The notes beneath the pieces were generated by a model. That model saw only the letters and a list, made by a program, of their open reading frames with translations. It was not told where the DNA came from and ran no database searches. The position numbers and the translations under genes are program-made. 64,000 nt of DNA from the human T2T-CHM13v2.0 reference genome, Homo sapiens: NCBI RefSeq assembly GCF_009914755.1, contig NC_060925.1; one strand, given 5' to 3'. This document shows, piece after piece, positions 52,171-64,000 of this stretch; position 1 is the stretch's first letter; each line of letters begins with the position of its first letter.

Positions 52171-54319
52171 CTGAGAAAGCATTTGAATATTTCAGAAGAA
52201 AATTATTAAGAGATGGATAAAAGGAAGAATCCCTACAGAGTTGAACTGCTTTGAGATCAATCTTCAAAATAGTTTTCCAGAATTTCTCTCAATAGCTCTA
52301 AACAATAACAATTTGGTAAAGATTATGGTATTGGTTAAAAGGGTAGATAAACCTAATTACAGTTATTGATGACAAATTACTGCAACTCCAATCTCTAACA
52401 GAAGGTATTAGCCAGCATTTTACTGGTCAGCAGTAAACCACCAATGGACAAAGAAATTCACCTCATAGATCTACATAGAACTATACTGATCATTCCTTTT
52501 CCACGCTCAGCCCAGTATCTCTGAAGCATAATGCTTCAGGTATCAGTGACAGGGATAAGCTTCCAAATGTACAAGCTTCGGGTTATCTTGGATGAATGTG
52601 ATTTTACTTTCAACTCTTAGATACTGTAGGGTCAAAGGTAGAATTGCCAATGAGAATTAAAGATCCCTTTAATTAGATAACAGTATTCAAAGACTTGTAA
52701 ATTCCCAAGAAGCCACTTTGCAAAGCAAGAGTTACAGTGTTCTCCTGGGGGAAAAGATGGGCAGTGGGCTTTTATTTTTTTTTTTCTCAGCTATTCACCA
52801 CTATGAGAGAATTTTTGAAAAGAACAAAATGGAATACATTGTAAGTAATTCAGAATGCCTCCAGACTTTACAATTCTCCCTAGAGAAAAAACTCAAACAA
52901 TTTGAAGTCTTCACAAACTGCATCCAAATCCTTTTTCTAACTTCATTAAGCTCCAGTACTTAAAAATCGTTCATAGCAAGTACTTTAATTAGAGACGAGC
53001 CAGTGCAGAATAGCTGGACAGGCAGTGCGTCCACCCAGCGAGCAGACTGCCCAGGGGGGACAGTCTCCACCTCACTGATGCAACTGGTGAAGGGACAGAC
53101 AGGGGCGTGGATACATTTCTTCCTTCCCCAAAACAAAATGGGAGGATGCGTGTGGGTTGGTGGGTTACAGAGAAAGATTCAAACATCATTCTGGCCTGAT
53201 CAGTATTCTGGCAGTTTACCATTATACATACAGAAAAAGAACAGAAAGTGTGTTAAAGAATCCAAGTTTTAAGGGGAACAGAAAACAAAGTCATCTGCAC
53301 TATGGAAGCCTATTTTTTTCTTTCTTTGTTTCCCCTCCTTTTTCTCTCTCCTCCCTCCTTTTTTCTTTGCTCTCTCTCTCTCTACTCTCTCTCTCTCCAC
53401 CAAGCCTCCTTCCAAACCCCATATTTTGAGACTGAAACCATGAAACCATTGCCATGAGAACTGTAGTACAGGCACAAAACCAGCATCAAAGGATATAAGT
53501 GCCACACAGAATCCTGATATGCTGCCATTAATTTGATGTTCAGGGGTCAATACAAGGGTGGAAAGGTAGCAGGGGAAGGAGAAAGAGCAGAGAAGAGAGG
53601 GAAACAATTGCTATGCATGAACAATTTGTACTTGCTACTTCTCTGGCTAGAGTAATGCCTTTGAGGCAGAACTTGAGCAGGCAAGTAAAGAGCTCACAGG
53701 TTCTAAGCTACCCGCAGCTTTGAACCCAAGTTGTTTAGAGACTTAAAAACAACAACTATAGCAAATGGTTTTTAAGGGACAATATGGTTGTTAAATATTC
53801 TAGGTGGTGATAGAAGTGCTTTCTTCACCTATAATATACCTTTTTTGTCCTGAAATGCTAGAACTGAATGAACAGATTAGCATGTGCAAAAGTAACTGTA
53901 GATGCCTTCATAAATTACTCCTGAGAAAAAGTTAGCAATGTCCGGATGAGAAGTGATTCCATGGATTCAAGGTCATTTGTTTCTGGTCCATGACAGACTT
54001 TCTTGCTGTCTCCTCACAATCCACTGAGGGGTCTCTGTAATTCTGGCAGGTTTTGCTGACCCTGCCTGTCACCTTCAGCTCTCCTGCACACAGGAAAGGG
54101 TCTTGGGCCAGAGTCACACAGAGCATTATCGGGGACCTCTGACCCCAGCGAGACATGGACAGCGAGCAATGTGAAGACAACCTAAGCCTGCTGTGAACAT
54201 AGCACTTGGTCATTTTGGAGGGAAAAAAATTCCAGCAAGATGACATTTGAGACCAAGCAGAACCAATTCATCTTTGGTGTAGCTATGCAAGGTCCTAAAC
54301 ATTCAAGCAACAAACTAAT

Positions 54320-54560
54320 AGTGATGACAATAATAATGAATATTTACTGAGGACTTAATATTTGTCAGACACTGTGCTAAGCATTTTAAATACATTACCT
54401 TAATCCTCAGAGCAAACTCTGTAGGATAGGCCATTACTATTATCACTATTTTACAGACTAAGAAACTGAGGCTAGAGACATAAAGAATCTTGCCAGTAAT
54501 TGGCGACTTAATAGCAACTCAGGGCTGTCTATTAGCAAATTCTATGATCTTACTAGTATG
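54320..54560 (-). mobile_element. MIR
   Basis: CACTGTGCTAAGCATTTT...TAATCCTCA...TTTTACAGACTAAGAAACTGAGGCTAGAG. Confidence 0.85.
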
Positions 54561-55959
54561 CTATGTGGAATAATGTGTTTACAATACAATTCCAAATGCA
54601 TCCTCTTCATTTTTCAACTGTATTTAACCTGTAACTTTGTAAGATATTATACTACTTACTGAAATTTTGCAATGGGAGAAGAAATTAATGACCATAATTT
54701 TTTCCTCCATTTTTCTCAGGCTTGAGTTTCTTTAAAATACCCAGCCCTGAAGAAAAATAAAAGCCAAAATAAAGAAAAAGAATAAGGTATGCCTTAGCAC
54801 TTCGTGTTAGATACTTTTTTTCAGTGATCTCTCTCATTGTGATCGAAAAGAGACAGTAGTAAAGGCCCTGCAACTAACCTCTGCTTCTCTGGCCCATTAG
54901 CTATTTTCCAATGTGCAAATCACTCTGGTCTCCCAGGACTGTTTAAGAGTTCAGCTGACTACAGCACTGTCTCCTTTTGGGTTTCCAGTTAAAATCAATG
55001 CATTAACTGAGGCTGCAAGTTAGATTCTAGAACTGCAAGTTAAGTAAGACAGGTGAGGAAGGGAAGAATTCCTAGCTTTACAAGCTTGGGAACTTTCAAA
55101 GAGGCCAGTTCCTGAGTGGCATTAAAATAGAAATAGCATTACTTGTAAAAGCTGGGGGATTTTGTTCTTTCCTACCTTAACAAAACTTTTGATAGATTTT
55201 CTCTGCTGGAGCACATAACCAAATAGTTAAAGATTTGTGAGATAAGCAGGAGATTCTCTAACATTTCTTAGGCACCCAGGGTTTGAATTGAATTTCTGTT
55301 CCTTTTACTTTGTCACCATTAGTGAAGCTTTATTTTTCTACACTATCCCCTCCAGATCCTAATTAATGACTGCTGGGGAGACCTGCAGACATATACAGAA
55401 TCGTTGAGAAGTACATTTGTTCATGGACCACAAATTTGGACCAGTTATCTACAGAGCATGAAAGTGATGCTACAAACGGAAAATGAAATAATCAGACAGC
55501 AACCTGGACAGCCTCTCGGGGACAGACGCTGGGCAATGGCAGAACCTCTTCTGCTAAACAATAGGCTATGATAGTCTACACGGAAGGGGTGCCACTCAGA
55601 AATATACGTAGCTCAAATATTATTCAAACCATCTCTAGGATAAAGCAGAAATACTCTATACAGACATTTCAGCAATCACATTCTAGTCCTGCAAAGAGCA
55701 ATATTTACAGAAATCAGAAAATGTTCTTGTTATTGCACAGCCCTCCTGTTTTAGAATGCCTACAGCAAGAAATGATGCTGGACTTTGTAAGAGCTCCAGC
55801 ACGAAGACCATTCCCTAAAATAAAGGTCTCCTTGCTCACAAAGGAAGTAATAGCAGAGAACAGCAGCTTCCATGTGACTTAAAGGATATTTCACCTTTTG
55901 ACACTCTGGTAAGATTAATTAAGAGAAGAACCAAAAGACATCATTATAAATATCAGTAC

Positions 55960-56070
55960 AGCATATGAGCTTCAGAGTCAGAGAATTTCAGATTGAATCC
56001 TGGCTTTACCATTTAATAGATGTCTGATCTTGGGCAAGTTATTTATCAAGTTATTTAGAATAAGTCTTAG
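55960..56070 (+). mobile_element. MIR fragment
   Basis: TTGAATCCTGGCTTTACCATTTA...GATCTTGGGCAAGTTATTT. Confidence 0.7.
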
Positions 56071-56394
56071 TTGTTATCTCATTTATATTCACTAACTTAT
56101 CACATGTCTATGGAGAAGACAGATCAAAACCAACATTATTCCTCATGTTTTTTTTTTCTCCTTTTTTTGGATACCAATTGCTATATTGTCAGTGTAGTCA
56201 ATATACTTTTAATAAAACAGGACTTCTGAAATACAATTCTGTCATGGTCATATGAATATAAAAGAACATTTATTTGTAATGCATATATGAAAGCTTTCTA
56301 AAAATCATTATTTATGAAAAATTATTCCTGCACCCAAATTACAAAAATGCAACTGAAAAGTATACTGAAGTATGATTTAAAAAGAAAAAAAAAG

Positions 56395-56500
56395 TCATAT
56401 TTTATTGAGCACCTACTATGTGATCATTATTGTACTAGGTGCCATGAAAGACTAAAATACAAACAGTTCCTGTTCTCAAGTTGTTTATGCTTTGCTCCAT
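56395..56500 (-). mobile_element. L2 3' end fragment
   Basis: ATATTTTATTGAGCACCTACTATGTG...GTACTAGGTGC. Confidence 0.65.
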
Positions 56501-56539
56501 GAGACATCCCAAGTGAAGAATGGAATACTAAAAATTAAT

Positions 56540-56930
56540 AATACCTATTATTTTCCTAATGCTGTCATTTACCAGATGCTGTACCAAGAATATTACATAT
56601 ATTATCTCATTTAACCCTCAAAGCTATCCTCTGATGTATGTATAATTACAATCTCCATTTCATAGGTAAGGCTTAAAAAGGTAAAGTAACTTGTCTGAGA
56701 TGGCACAGCTAGTAAGTAGTAAACCTGACAGTGAACTCTGAGTCTATCTCTGCACTATCCAATATGGTAGCCATCAGCCATGTGGGGGCTACTTAATTTA
56801 ATTTAATAAAAATTAAACAAAATTAGAGACTGACTTCCTTAGTTGCATTAGACACATTTCAAGGGCTCAATCAATAGTCACAGACTCCATTTGACCCAGA
56901 GTCTATGCTCTTTATCTTTATGCTCTATTT
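56540..56930 (-). mobile_element. MIR interrupted by a partial MER3 (~56750-56885)
   Basis: ATTATCTCATTTAACCCTCA...GTAACTTGTCTGAGATGGCACAGCTAGTAAGT; MER3 CTGCACTATCCAATATGGTAGCCA...CACATTTCAAG. Confidence 0.8.
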
Positions 56931-57039
56931 CCCTCTGTGGAAAACATGAAATTAAATGCTAAACAGTATGAAACTGAATATAAACGCTGGTGAAATTCTG
57001 AAAAGGGTAACATCTCTGTAATTTTAAGTCTTTAGGCTT

Positions 57040-57160
57040 ATGAAGGATCATAAACTCCACAAGGATAGAAACTCTTTTGTCCATGTTCACAAAGTGAATG
57101 GTATGGAGCCAGCTCTCAAAACACACTTGTTGAATGGATGAGTCAAGGATGAGTGAATAA
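57040..57160 (+). mobile_element. L2 3' end fragment
   Basis: CATAAACTCCACAAGGATAG...CTTGTTGAATGGATGA. Confidence 0.55.
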
Positions 57161-58854
57161 AAGTTTGGAGATAGACTTACAATGTGTATTATTTGGACTG
57201 ATAGCTAGAAAACAGCTCCTGGGCAGAATAACCTCACCCCAACTCTAGATGTTGTAAAGAACAGGATGTACTTCTGCCATAGCAGATAGAAATATTTACA
57301 CAGATCAAACCATAAGGCATGAATCCACGTTCCTTCCAAATACTTCCAAATTACGTATGAATTGATAATAACCTAAGACTGGCTAAGGTCAGAGTAATTG
57401 CCATTTAATTGGCTTCAAATATACTAATGATTATGATAATGTTGATACTGAAGAACCTAATAGGCCTGGAGACAAATGTCTAAGAGAGCAGAGAGGTGAA
57501 TTAATGGGAGGCAGGAGTAGGGAGGGGACCATTATAGAAGTCACAAGTTTGGAAATCACCAAATGGTAATTCAGTAGGGTTGTGAAGAAATTTGGCTTTT
57601 AGAGGAAACTATGAGAACAACAACAACAATCCCCCACCCGCTCCCAAAAAAGAACAAACTTAATGGGGTGGAGAGGGTGAAGGGAGAGAAAGTTGTATTT
57701 GCTCCAAAACTTCTGTGTGCAGAAGCCTGGTTGGGGGATATTAATTGGACAATCCAGGGAGAAGCCACTAAATAAGGGCTCAGGTGGCCTCAAGGAAAAC
57801 ACTTACAGCTGAGAACTGAGAGGGAGGCCAGGGAAAACGGACTTGACCTCCTATGGGGGCAACATGCTGGCTTGAACTGAGACACAAAACCAGAAATTGG
57901 TACAGAAACCAGGTCTAAGTAGAAACACATATTAAGTTAAACCAAGTAATGTAAATTACCTCATTTTTACACATTCTACTCCTTAAATTTCCCATATCCC
58001 CAAGACACATACAAACGCTAGTAAAATGGTGCAGACATAATAAAATTATGATTGTGCAGCCTATGTAGAAAAGATTTAATAGATGAAAATGTAATTCTTG
58101 AGAAAAATAGGAAAGGGATTTTGATCCTAGATACACATAATCTTTTGAGAAACAGGTTAACCAAAGGGCAATTGCTAAGATACCCTCCCTTTGGGTTTTG
58201 CCATAGGTCCCATTTCATCTCAGATAGTCATCTATAAAAGAAGAGTATCTTACAGTTGGGGCTTTTAAAATAGTAGAAGTCCTGACATTCCTGTCAAAGG
58301 GCTCTGTAATGTTTCCTGCTTCCAAAACCATTTCCATATCACTCTCTTCTAATGGCATGATTCATATTCATGTCAACTTGAAAAAGCACTGAAGCCAAAG
58401 TAAGGTAAAAACAAATTTATGTTGTGGATAATCAGCTGAAATCCATCACACCTGAGGGTCAGTTACTACTGTGCTGGGGCTGTGCAGTCTACTTGGGTAA
58501 GGCTGAGTGGCAGTGGCAGGTCCTGATATTTGTTCTAGTAGCCACAAAGCCGCACTGGCTCTCAAAAAGCACAATCTGCCATTCACTTAAGTCTGGTTTG
58601 CCAGCAAGCCCAAGGATGGACTCCCCACTAGTACCATCAGGCTCAGGGAATTTGGCTAGCACCGGGCACCTCAGACTTCTGCCAGCTAATTGGCTTTGGG
58701 GAAGCCGCTGACCTACTCTCCACTGAGTGGCTTTTGTGAACCTGGAACCTAGCCTGCTTCTCATCATTGATCAACCTTGGCCAAGCCAGCTGGCTTGTTC
58801 CTTTGCAGACAGCTTGCCTTAGGGAAGCTGGTTGGTGGCTCCTCAACCTACTAA

Positions 58855-58859
<5 letters not shown>

Positions 58860-58892
<33 letters not shown>

Positions 58893-58896
58893 GAGA
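58860..58896 (+). repeat. (GA)n microsatellite
   Basis: About 13 perfect GA units plus degenerate extension. Confidence 0.95.
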
Positions 58897-60489
58897 GGAC
58901 GAACTACAGAACAGTCTCTCAAAAAATGACCAGTGCTCAGTGTCAGTTACGGGGACTTAGAGATGAACAAAATCGTGCCTCATACCTGATATATTAGTAG
59001 GTGGAGTAGAAGTCTGCATAGCCTTAACCAGAAAGGTAACTGAGCATTTAGGAATGGGGCCCAAATGAAATACAACCATGAAGCACTTCATTAAATGAGT
59101 CTTATTCAAGTGTACACCTGAATTCCTTTAGTTACATTCAGGCACAATGTCATCATCATCAATGTCACATTGATATACGTATGCGTTGGTGACAAGGAAC
59201 AAAAATCTGTTGTTTGAAGGCTGGTGGGGAAAAAATCCACATTAAACAGAGTCCTATATGGTTCTGGCCACCCCTCACCACTTACCAGGCTGGCCTTCTA
59301 GTGCCTGAGCAAATGTTCAAGCAGGTTTCCCCCGCTTGGGGCTAAATCCATCAGGGATTTTTTTAATCCAAAAAGAATAAAAATATGTAACATATTAGAT
59401 AAATGCTGGCTTCCTAATTTAAGTTCACAAATGGAAATGACAAATGGGGACAATCAAATAAATGATTAACTTTTAATAGTATCCCTACTAAATCAGGGGG
59501 AAGAAAGCTAAAGGAACTGTTTCTTAGGATTTCAGCCTTTCTCTCTGTCCTCTCTAAGACAAATGCAGGGAGCACAGATTTATTCAGTTGAAATAATCTG
59601 TAGTGCTGCAACTGTTTAGTTCACATCAAAGATTCTATCTACTTCATTTCTAATGTAATTGTGATTTTAAAATATATACATAAATATAAAATTGTTTTGG
59701 AGAACCAGGTATGCAAGGAGTATGTGATAGTCTTCTATGAGCCACACGGATTACATGCAGAATCATGGACAAATCTTTAAAACATTAGAACTTCAATTTT
59801 CCCCTTTTATATAATAGATGAGATTATAATACTCCAGTGGTACACTATGGCCATATCCTCAAAACAACTGAGGCAGATGGTGCACAAAGTCAGTGGATCA
59901 GATTCATTCCTCTCTACAAAAGCACAACTTATAAGAAATGTGGTTCTGATAGTTCATTTTCTAAAAACTCAGCCAGAGACTAAAGCTATGCCACAAGGCA
60001 AAATTTTTCTTTATGTTCCAATTTGGATTTAAATAAGATGTCATACACTGACAAAAACACAGACCCCTAAATAGAGTTCCCAGGAATTGAACAGCTTCAG
60101 TACTACTGATGTTTATTCACATAGTTTGTAACTGTTAAGTTATTCCAAAGTTTATGTTGGGATGTCAGGACTTTGAGTGGGAAGTCACTGTAAAAGATAG
60201 TCTGGTCTAATCCTCACATGATACTTGAACTTGTTCCCTACAACATCTCTCACAGTGCTGGGAAACTTATTGCCTTCCAACATAGTTCATTCTATTTCTG
60301 GACATTAAGTGAAGAATTCAAAGCACTGAAGAGAGCCATAGTTCAAAAAATGGGGGATGGGTTACTTAAGTCATCTTTTAAGAGCTCAGTATCTCATAAT
60401 ACCCATAGCCTCTGAAGAATCCCAAGCCAAATACATACATGAATATTTCTGATGTTCCCAAAGAATAACTACATTAAATAAATGTACAG

Positions 60490-60710
60490 CAGAGGCAGTA
60501 GAATCAAAATACCCACTACAGAACCTAGACTCCTTCATACACTATGAGAACACTGGAAGGTAACAGAATCTCTCTAAGCTTCCCTTTGCTCTGTGAAATG
60601 GGGAAATAGCTACCACTGAGGTCATTATAAAGATTAACCAACCCCAACAAAAGCACACAGCACATAGCCTAAGGTATATTCAGCTCTCAAAAATCTGTGT
60701 TATTAGTCTT
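60490..60710 (+). mobile_element. MIR (diverged)
   Basis: CTCTCTAAGCTTCCCTTTGCTCTGTGAAATGGGGA...TTATAAAGATTAA. Confidence 0.55.
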
Positions 60711-62409
60711 ACCTTCAAAATCTTTACTATTCATTTTGAGACTGACTATTCAAGTTTCATATCAACAAAACGTGAAAAAAAATCACCATCTAGTAATGCA
60801 GTATCCGCACATAAAATAACTTTTTGTGGTACCTTAAGTACATTCCCAAATGGCTTAATGTCAAGACGAAGCTCACAGAGAAGGTGCTCTTCGCTATTGC
60901 TTATATTATAACTTGGGAGTTTTGTTTAATACTCTGCATTAATGAGGGAGCTTCTTAGGATAATATTACAACAGAGAGTGCAAGAAATACCTGTGAGGTC
61001 AACGCAGTTCTATTAACTGTCATCTAACACAGAAATATTTTCCTTGAATACCATTAAAGCTTTCTCCGTTTCTTTGTTCTGCTTTTTGAAGGCAGTAGGA
61101 GCCCAAATTTCCCTACCAATAATTTCTGTTTTTGACTTGGCAGCATAATGATACTAGACTTGAGGAAAAAAAATCACCTTGGCAATGTCTTCTTCAGAGG
61201 TTTTTACAAAAGATATTTTGTTAGGATAAATTATACTAAGTAGGCTCTTTAACTAAGCAAAAACAAATCCACTTGTAACTAAATGACCTGCGTAGCTTTA
61301 TATTTTTTAAAGAGAACCTACCTGGAAAACACTACGCTCTTTAAATGAACATTTTGTTAAAATGGAAAATATGAAACAGAAGGGTAATTAGACAAGTAAG
61401 TTGCTCTTTGCTACTCCTGCTGATAGGGTAAACTCAGAAGACTCTCAGAGTTCCCACTGCCATATATAAATCAAGACTCAAGCTGTGGTTCCAGCAAAAC
61501 AGCTCTGGGATAATTTTTCTTTATATCCTGGAGGCTCAGCCCAGCTGATTGGAGAGATGTAATGGCAGTTAAAAGAGTAAATGTATAATCTGTGCTCTCT
61601 CATATATGTGTGTATATGTAGACATGCACAAATTGTCTTCTCTAAAAAGGTGGAAACAGAAAATATACTCCATGGACTGTGTTGAGATCACTCAGAATAA
61701 ACAGAACATCTGGACAACTAATTCCCTAATGTAAAAGAAGAGGATCTCCATACTCCTACCATTTCTTCCACCCAAGGATTTCCTAAACATTAGGTCAGCA
61801 CTGTTAATCTATGACTCAGAGAAAAAGATGAAGACCTTTAATTTCATAGAGACTGGCAATTCTGGATGGATTTAAAATAATTTGTCAAGCTAAAGGATTT
61901 AAGCTGTGCAAAAATGGCGTGACCCTTTTGAGATACAGTGTCCTCAACCTTACCATTTGACCTTCATGACTCCTGATGTACACTGCCTTCTCTAACTCAC
62001 AATCAGTCCAATACTCTAGCCTGCTCAGTTATCCCATAAAGACTTTTCCTGGACCAATCACCATCATTATCTCTGACTTCAGCAGTCCCATCAAACTTTA
62101 GGTAAGAAGCCTGGTTCCCTCAGAACAGAATCCTAAGGAAAAGTCACCTCCTAAATTATGTCATTTATTTATATACCTTAAGCTCAAAACCCCTTGTTAG
62201 ACTCATAAACTCTGCTGCTTATTGGGATTTCCAGGACTTTTTCCCATTTTGTCCACCCACCAAATAAGTAGTTCAGGTCACTCTTGGCCTACCAACAGAT
62301 GCAGGCAATCAACCCAAGCATGGAGCAGGAAAGACCTCTTATTTGGCCAAGGCTGCCACACAGCTTGGCATAGATACAGGAAGGTCCTAGGCATATGACA
62401 TACTTGGCT

Positions 62410-62570
62410 TTTAATCCCATTTCCACTTTATCTGCAGTGGGGCCGTGGGCAAGTCACTAAAACTCTCTGACCTTGGGTTCCTTATCTGACTAATGAGAAT
62501 CTGATACCCAGGGTCCCAATTTTCTATACTGGGTGGGGTCTTAACATGATAATTAAATCTTAATACCATG
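62410..62570 (+). mobile_element. MIR fragment
   Basis: GGGCAAGTCACTAAAACTCTCTGACCTTGGGTTCCTTATCTG. Confidence 0.7.
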
Positions 62571-62783
62571 TATTGTCTCACCACAAATGGTGACTTATTG
62601 CAAATGCCAATTCTCAACCTCTGCTTTTACTTCATCTGGAACATGGGCACTCACAATTCTACTATATTGTTTGCACTGCCTACCTGGAATCTTCATACTG
62701 TGTGTATTTTCTAGACTTCTACAAAGTGGAGAAAATATTCACACACAACACTGAGCATCTCTGTAATTAAAAGATACTTTATG

Positions 62784-63136
<353 letters not shown>

Positions 63137-63701
63137 TGAAAATCAAAAATGGGTATCAATAAAACACATAACTATCTGATTTGTTTTGCTTGTTTTAATA
63201 ACTTATTGTTTCCTCCAGAGGAAATATTTAGAAGCCATTTAAAATTATATAAGCCTGCTCTTCTCCTTTCCTACTGCTGTCAATATTTTTATTTAAAAAG
63301 TAACAAACTTCAAATAAAATCTGACTGGTAGCAATCACAGCAATCTGTGTTGAGATTTCAGATGCCCACAGAAATAAAACCATACTGACTGCACTTCAAT
63401 ATATTGACAAGAGCTGGAAGGAAATGTGAGGAAATAAAAAGCAAAAGTTTTTCACACACAGGCAAAAATACACAATCAATACTTCAGTTCCTACTTATTT
63501 AAATACCTATTAATTGCTCTACTGTGCCTTCAACTCTCACGTCTGTTAACTTTGAAAAAAATAACATATTTCTTGCTCCCCTAGGTAGATGAAAAGCATC
63601 AGAAGAATTTTCAGTTAAGACAAAATTCACAAATAGAACATCTCATTATCCATAGCTATCAAACCAGAGCTCCTATGGTAGTTCCAACTTCATTGATATA
63701 G

Positions 63702-63729
63702 TCATCATCATCATCATCATCATCATCAT
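63702..63729 (+). repeat. (TCA)n trinucleotide microsatellite
   Basis: About 9 TCA units. Confidence 0.9.
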
Positions 63730-63809
63730 TGTAATTATAAGTCTCTTGGTGTCATATATTGGAATAATGTTTCTATAGGCATTATATCATTTTTAATAAA
63801 ATATATATA

Positions 63810-63940
63810 ATTTCAGATTTGAAGGGTTAAGAAAGAATATAGTCTAACTGGTCCCCTGAAGATACAGGAATGGAGACTCTTAGAGATGAATGGACTTGCT
63901 CCAAATCACATCACAGTATTAGGTAGACGAGAAATCAAAA
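63810..63940 (-). mobile_element. MIR3/MIRc fragment
   Basis: TAGTCTAAC...GAGACTCTTAGAGATGAATGGACTTGCTCCAAATCACA. Confidence 0.5.
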
Positions 63941-63957
63941 TTAAAAACTAAAGCGTA

Positions 63958-64000
63958 GGCCCAGGCACAGTGGTTCATGCCTGTAATCCTAGTCCTTTGG
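63958..64000 (+). mobile_element. Alu 5' end (runs off the window)
   Basis: GGCCCAGGCACAGTGGTTCATGCCTGTAATCCTAG. Confidence 0.9.

Overview
Primate (human-like) AT-rich non-coding genomic DNA. I found no recognisable protein-coding exon, tRNA/rRNA gene or CRISPR array, and I cannot name the locus. The ORF track is explained by Alu read-through, the GC-rich island and chance. Repeats: about 13 Alu/FRAM elements (several 5'-truncated, several with readable target-site duplications, TSDs), THE1-, MER21- and LTR78-like LTRs, MER30/MER3 DNA transposons, L1MC/L1PA 3' ends, many old MIR/L2 fragments, a MamSINE1-like relic and microsatellites. Unique sequence: an orphan CpG island (~19.2-19.86 kb), candidate non-coding exons on both sides of it (a minus-strand chain ending at a canonical poly(A) site near 65-89, and a strong 90-nt plus-strand exon at 27757-27846), and a series of repeat-free, motif-dense blocks. 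The best blocks are a CpG-retaining TCF/LEF-homeodomain element (~32.3-32.8 kb), a perfect inverted double-MEF2 site around a T-box/TALE core (35645-35670) and MEIS/PBX clusters (~28.2, 49.1, 51.5 kb). Best overall hypothesis (inference): part of a developmental long-range enhancer array with a bidirectional orphan-island lncRNA promoter. Repeat subfamily names come from remembered consensus similarity and motif calls were made by eye, so all need computational confirmation.
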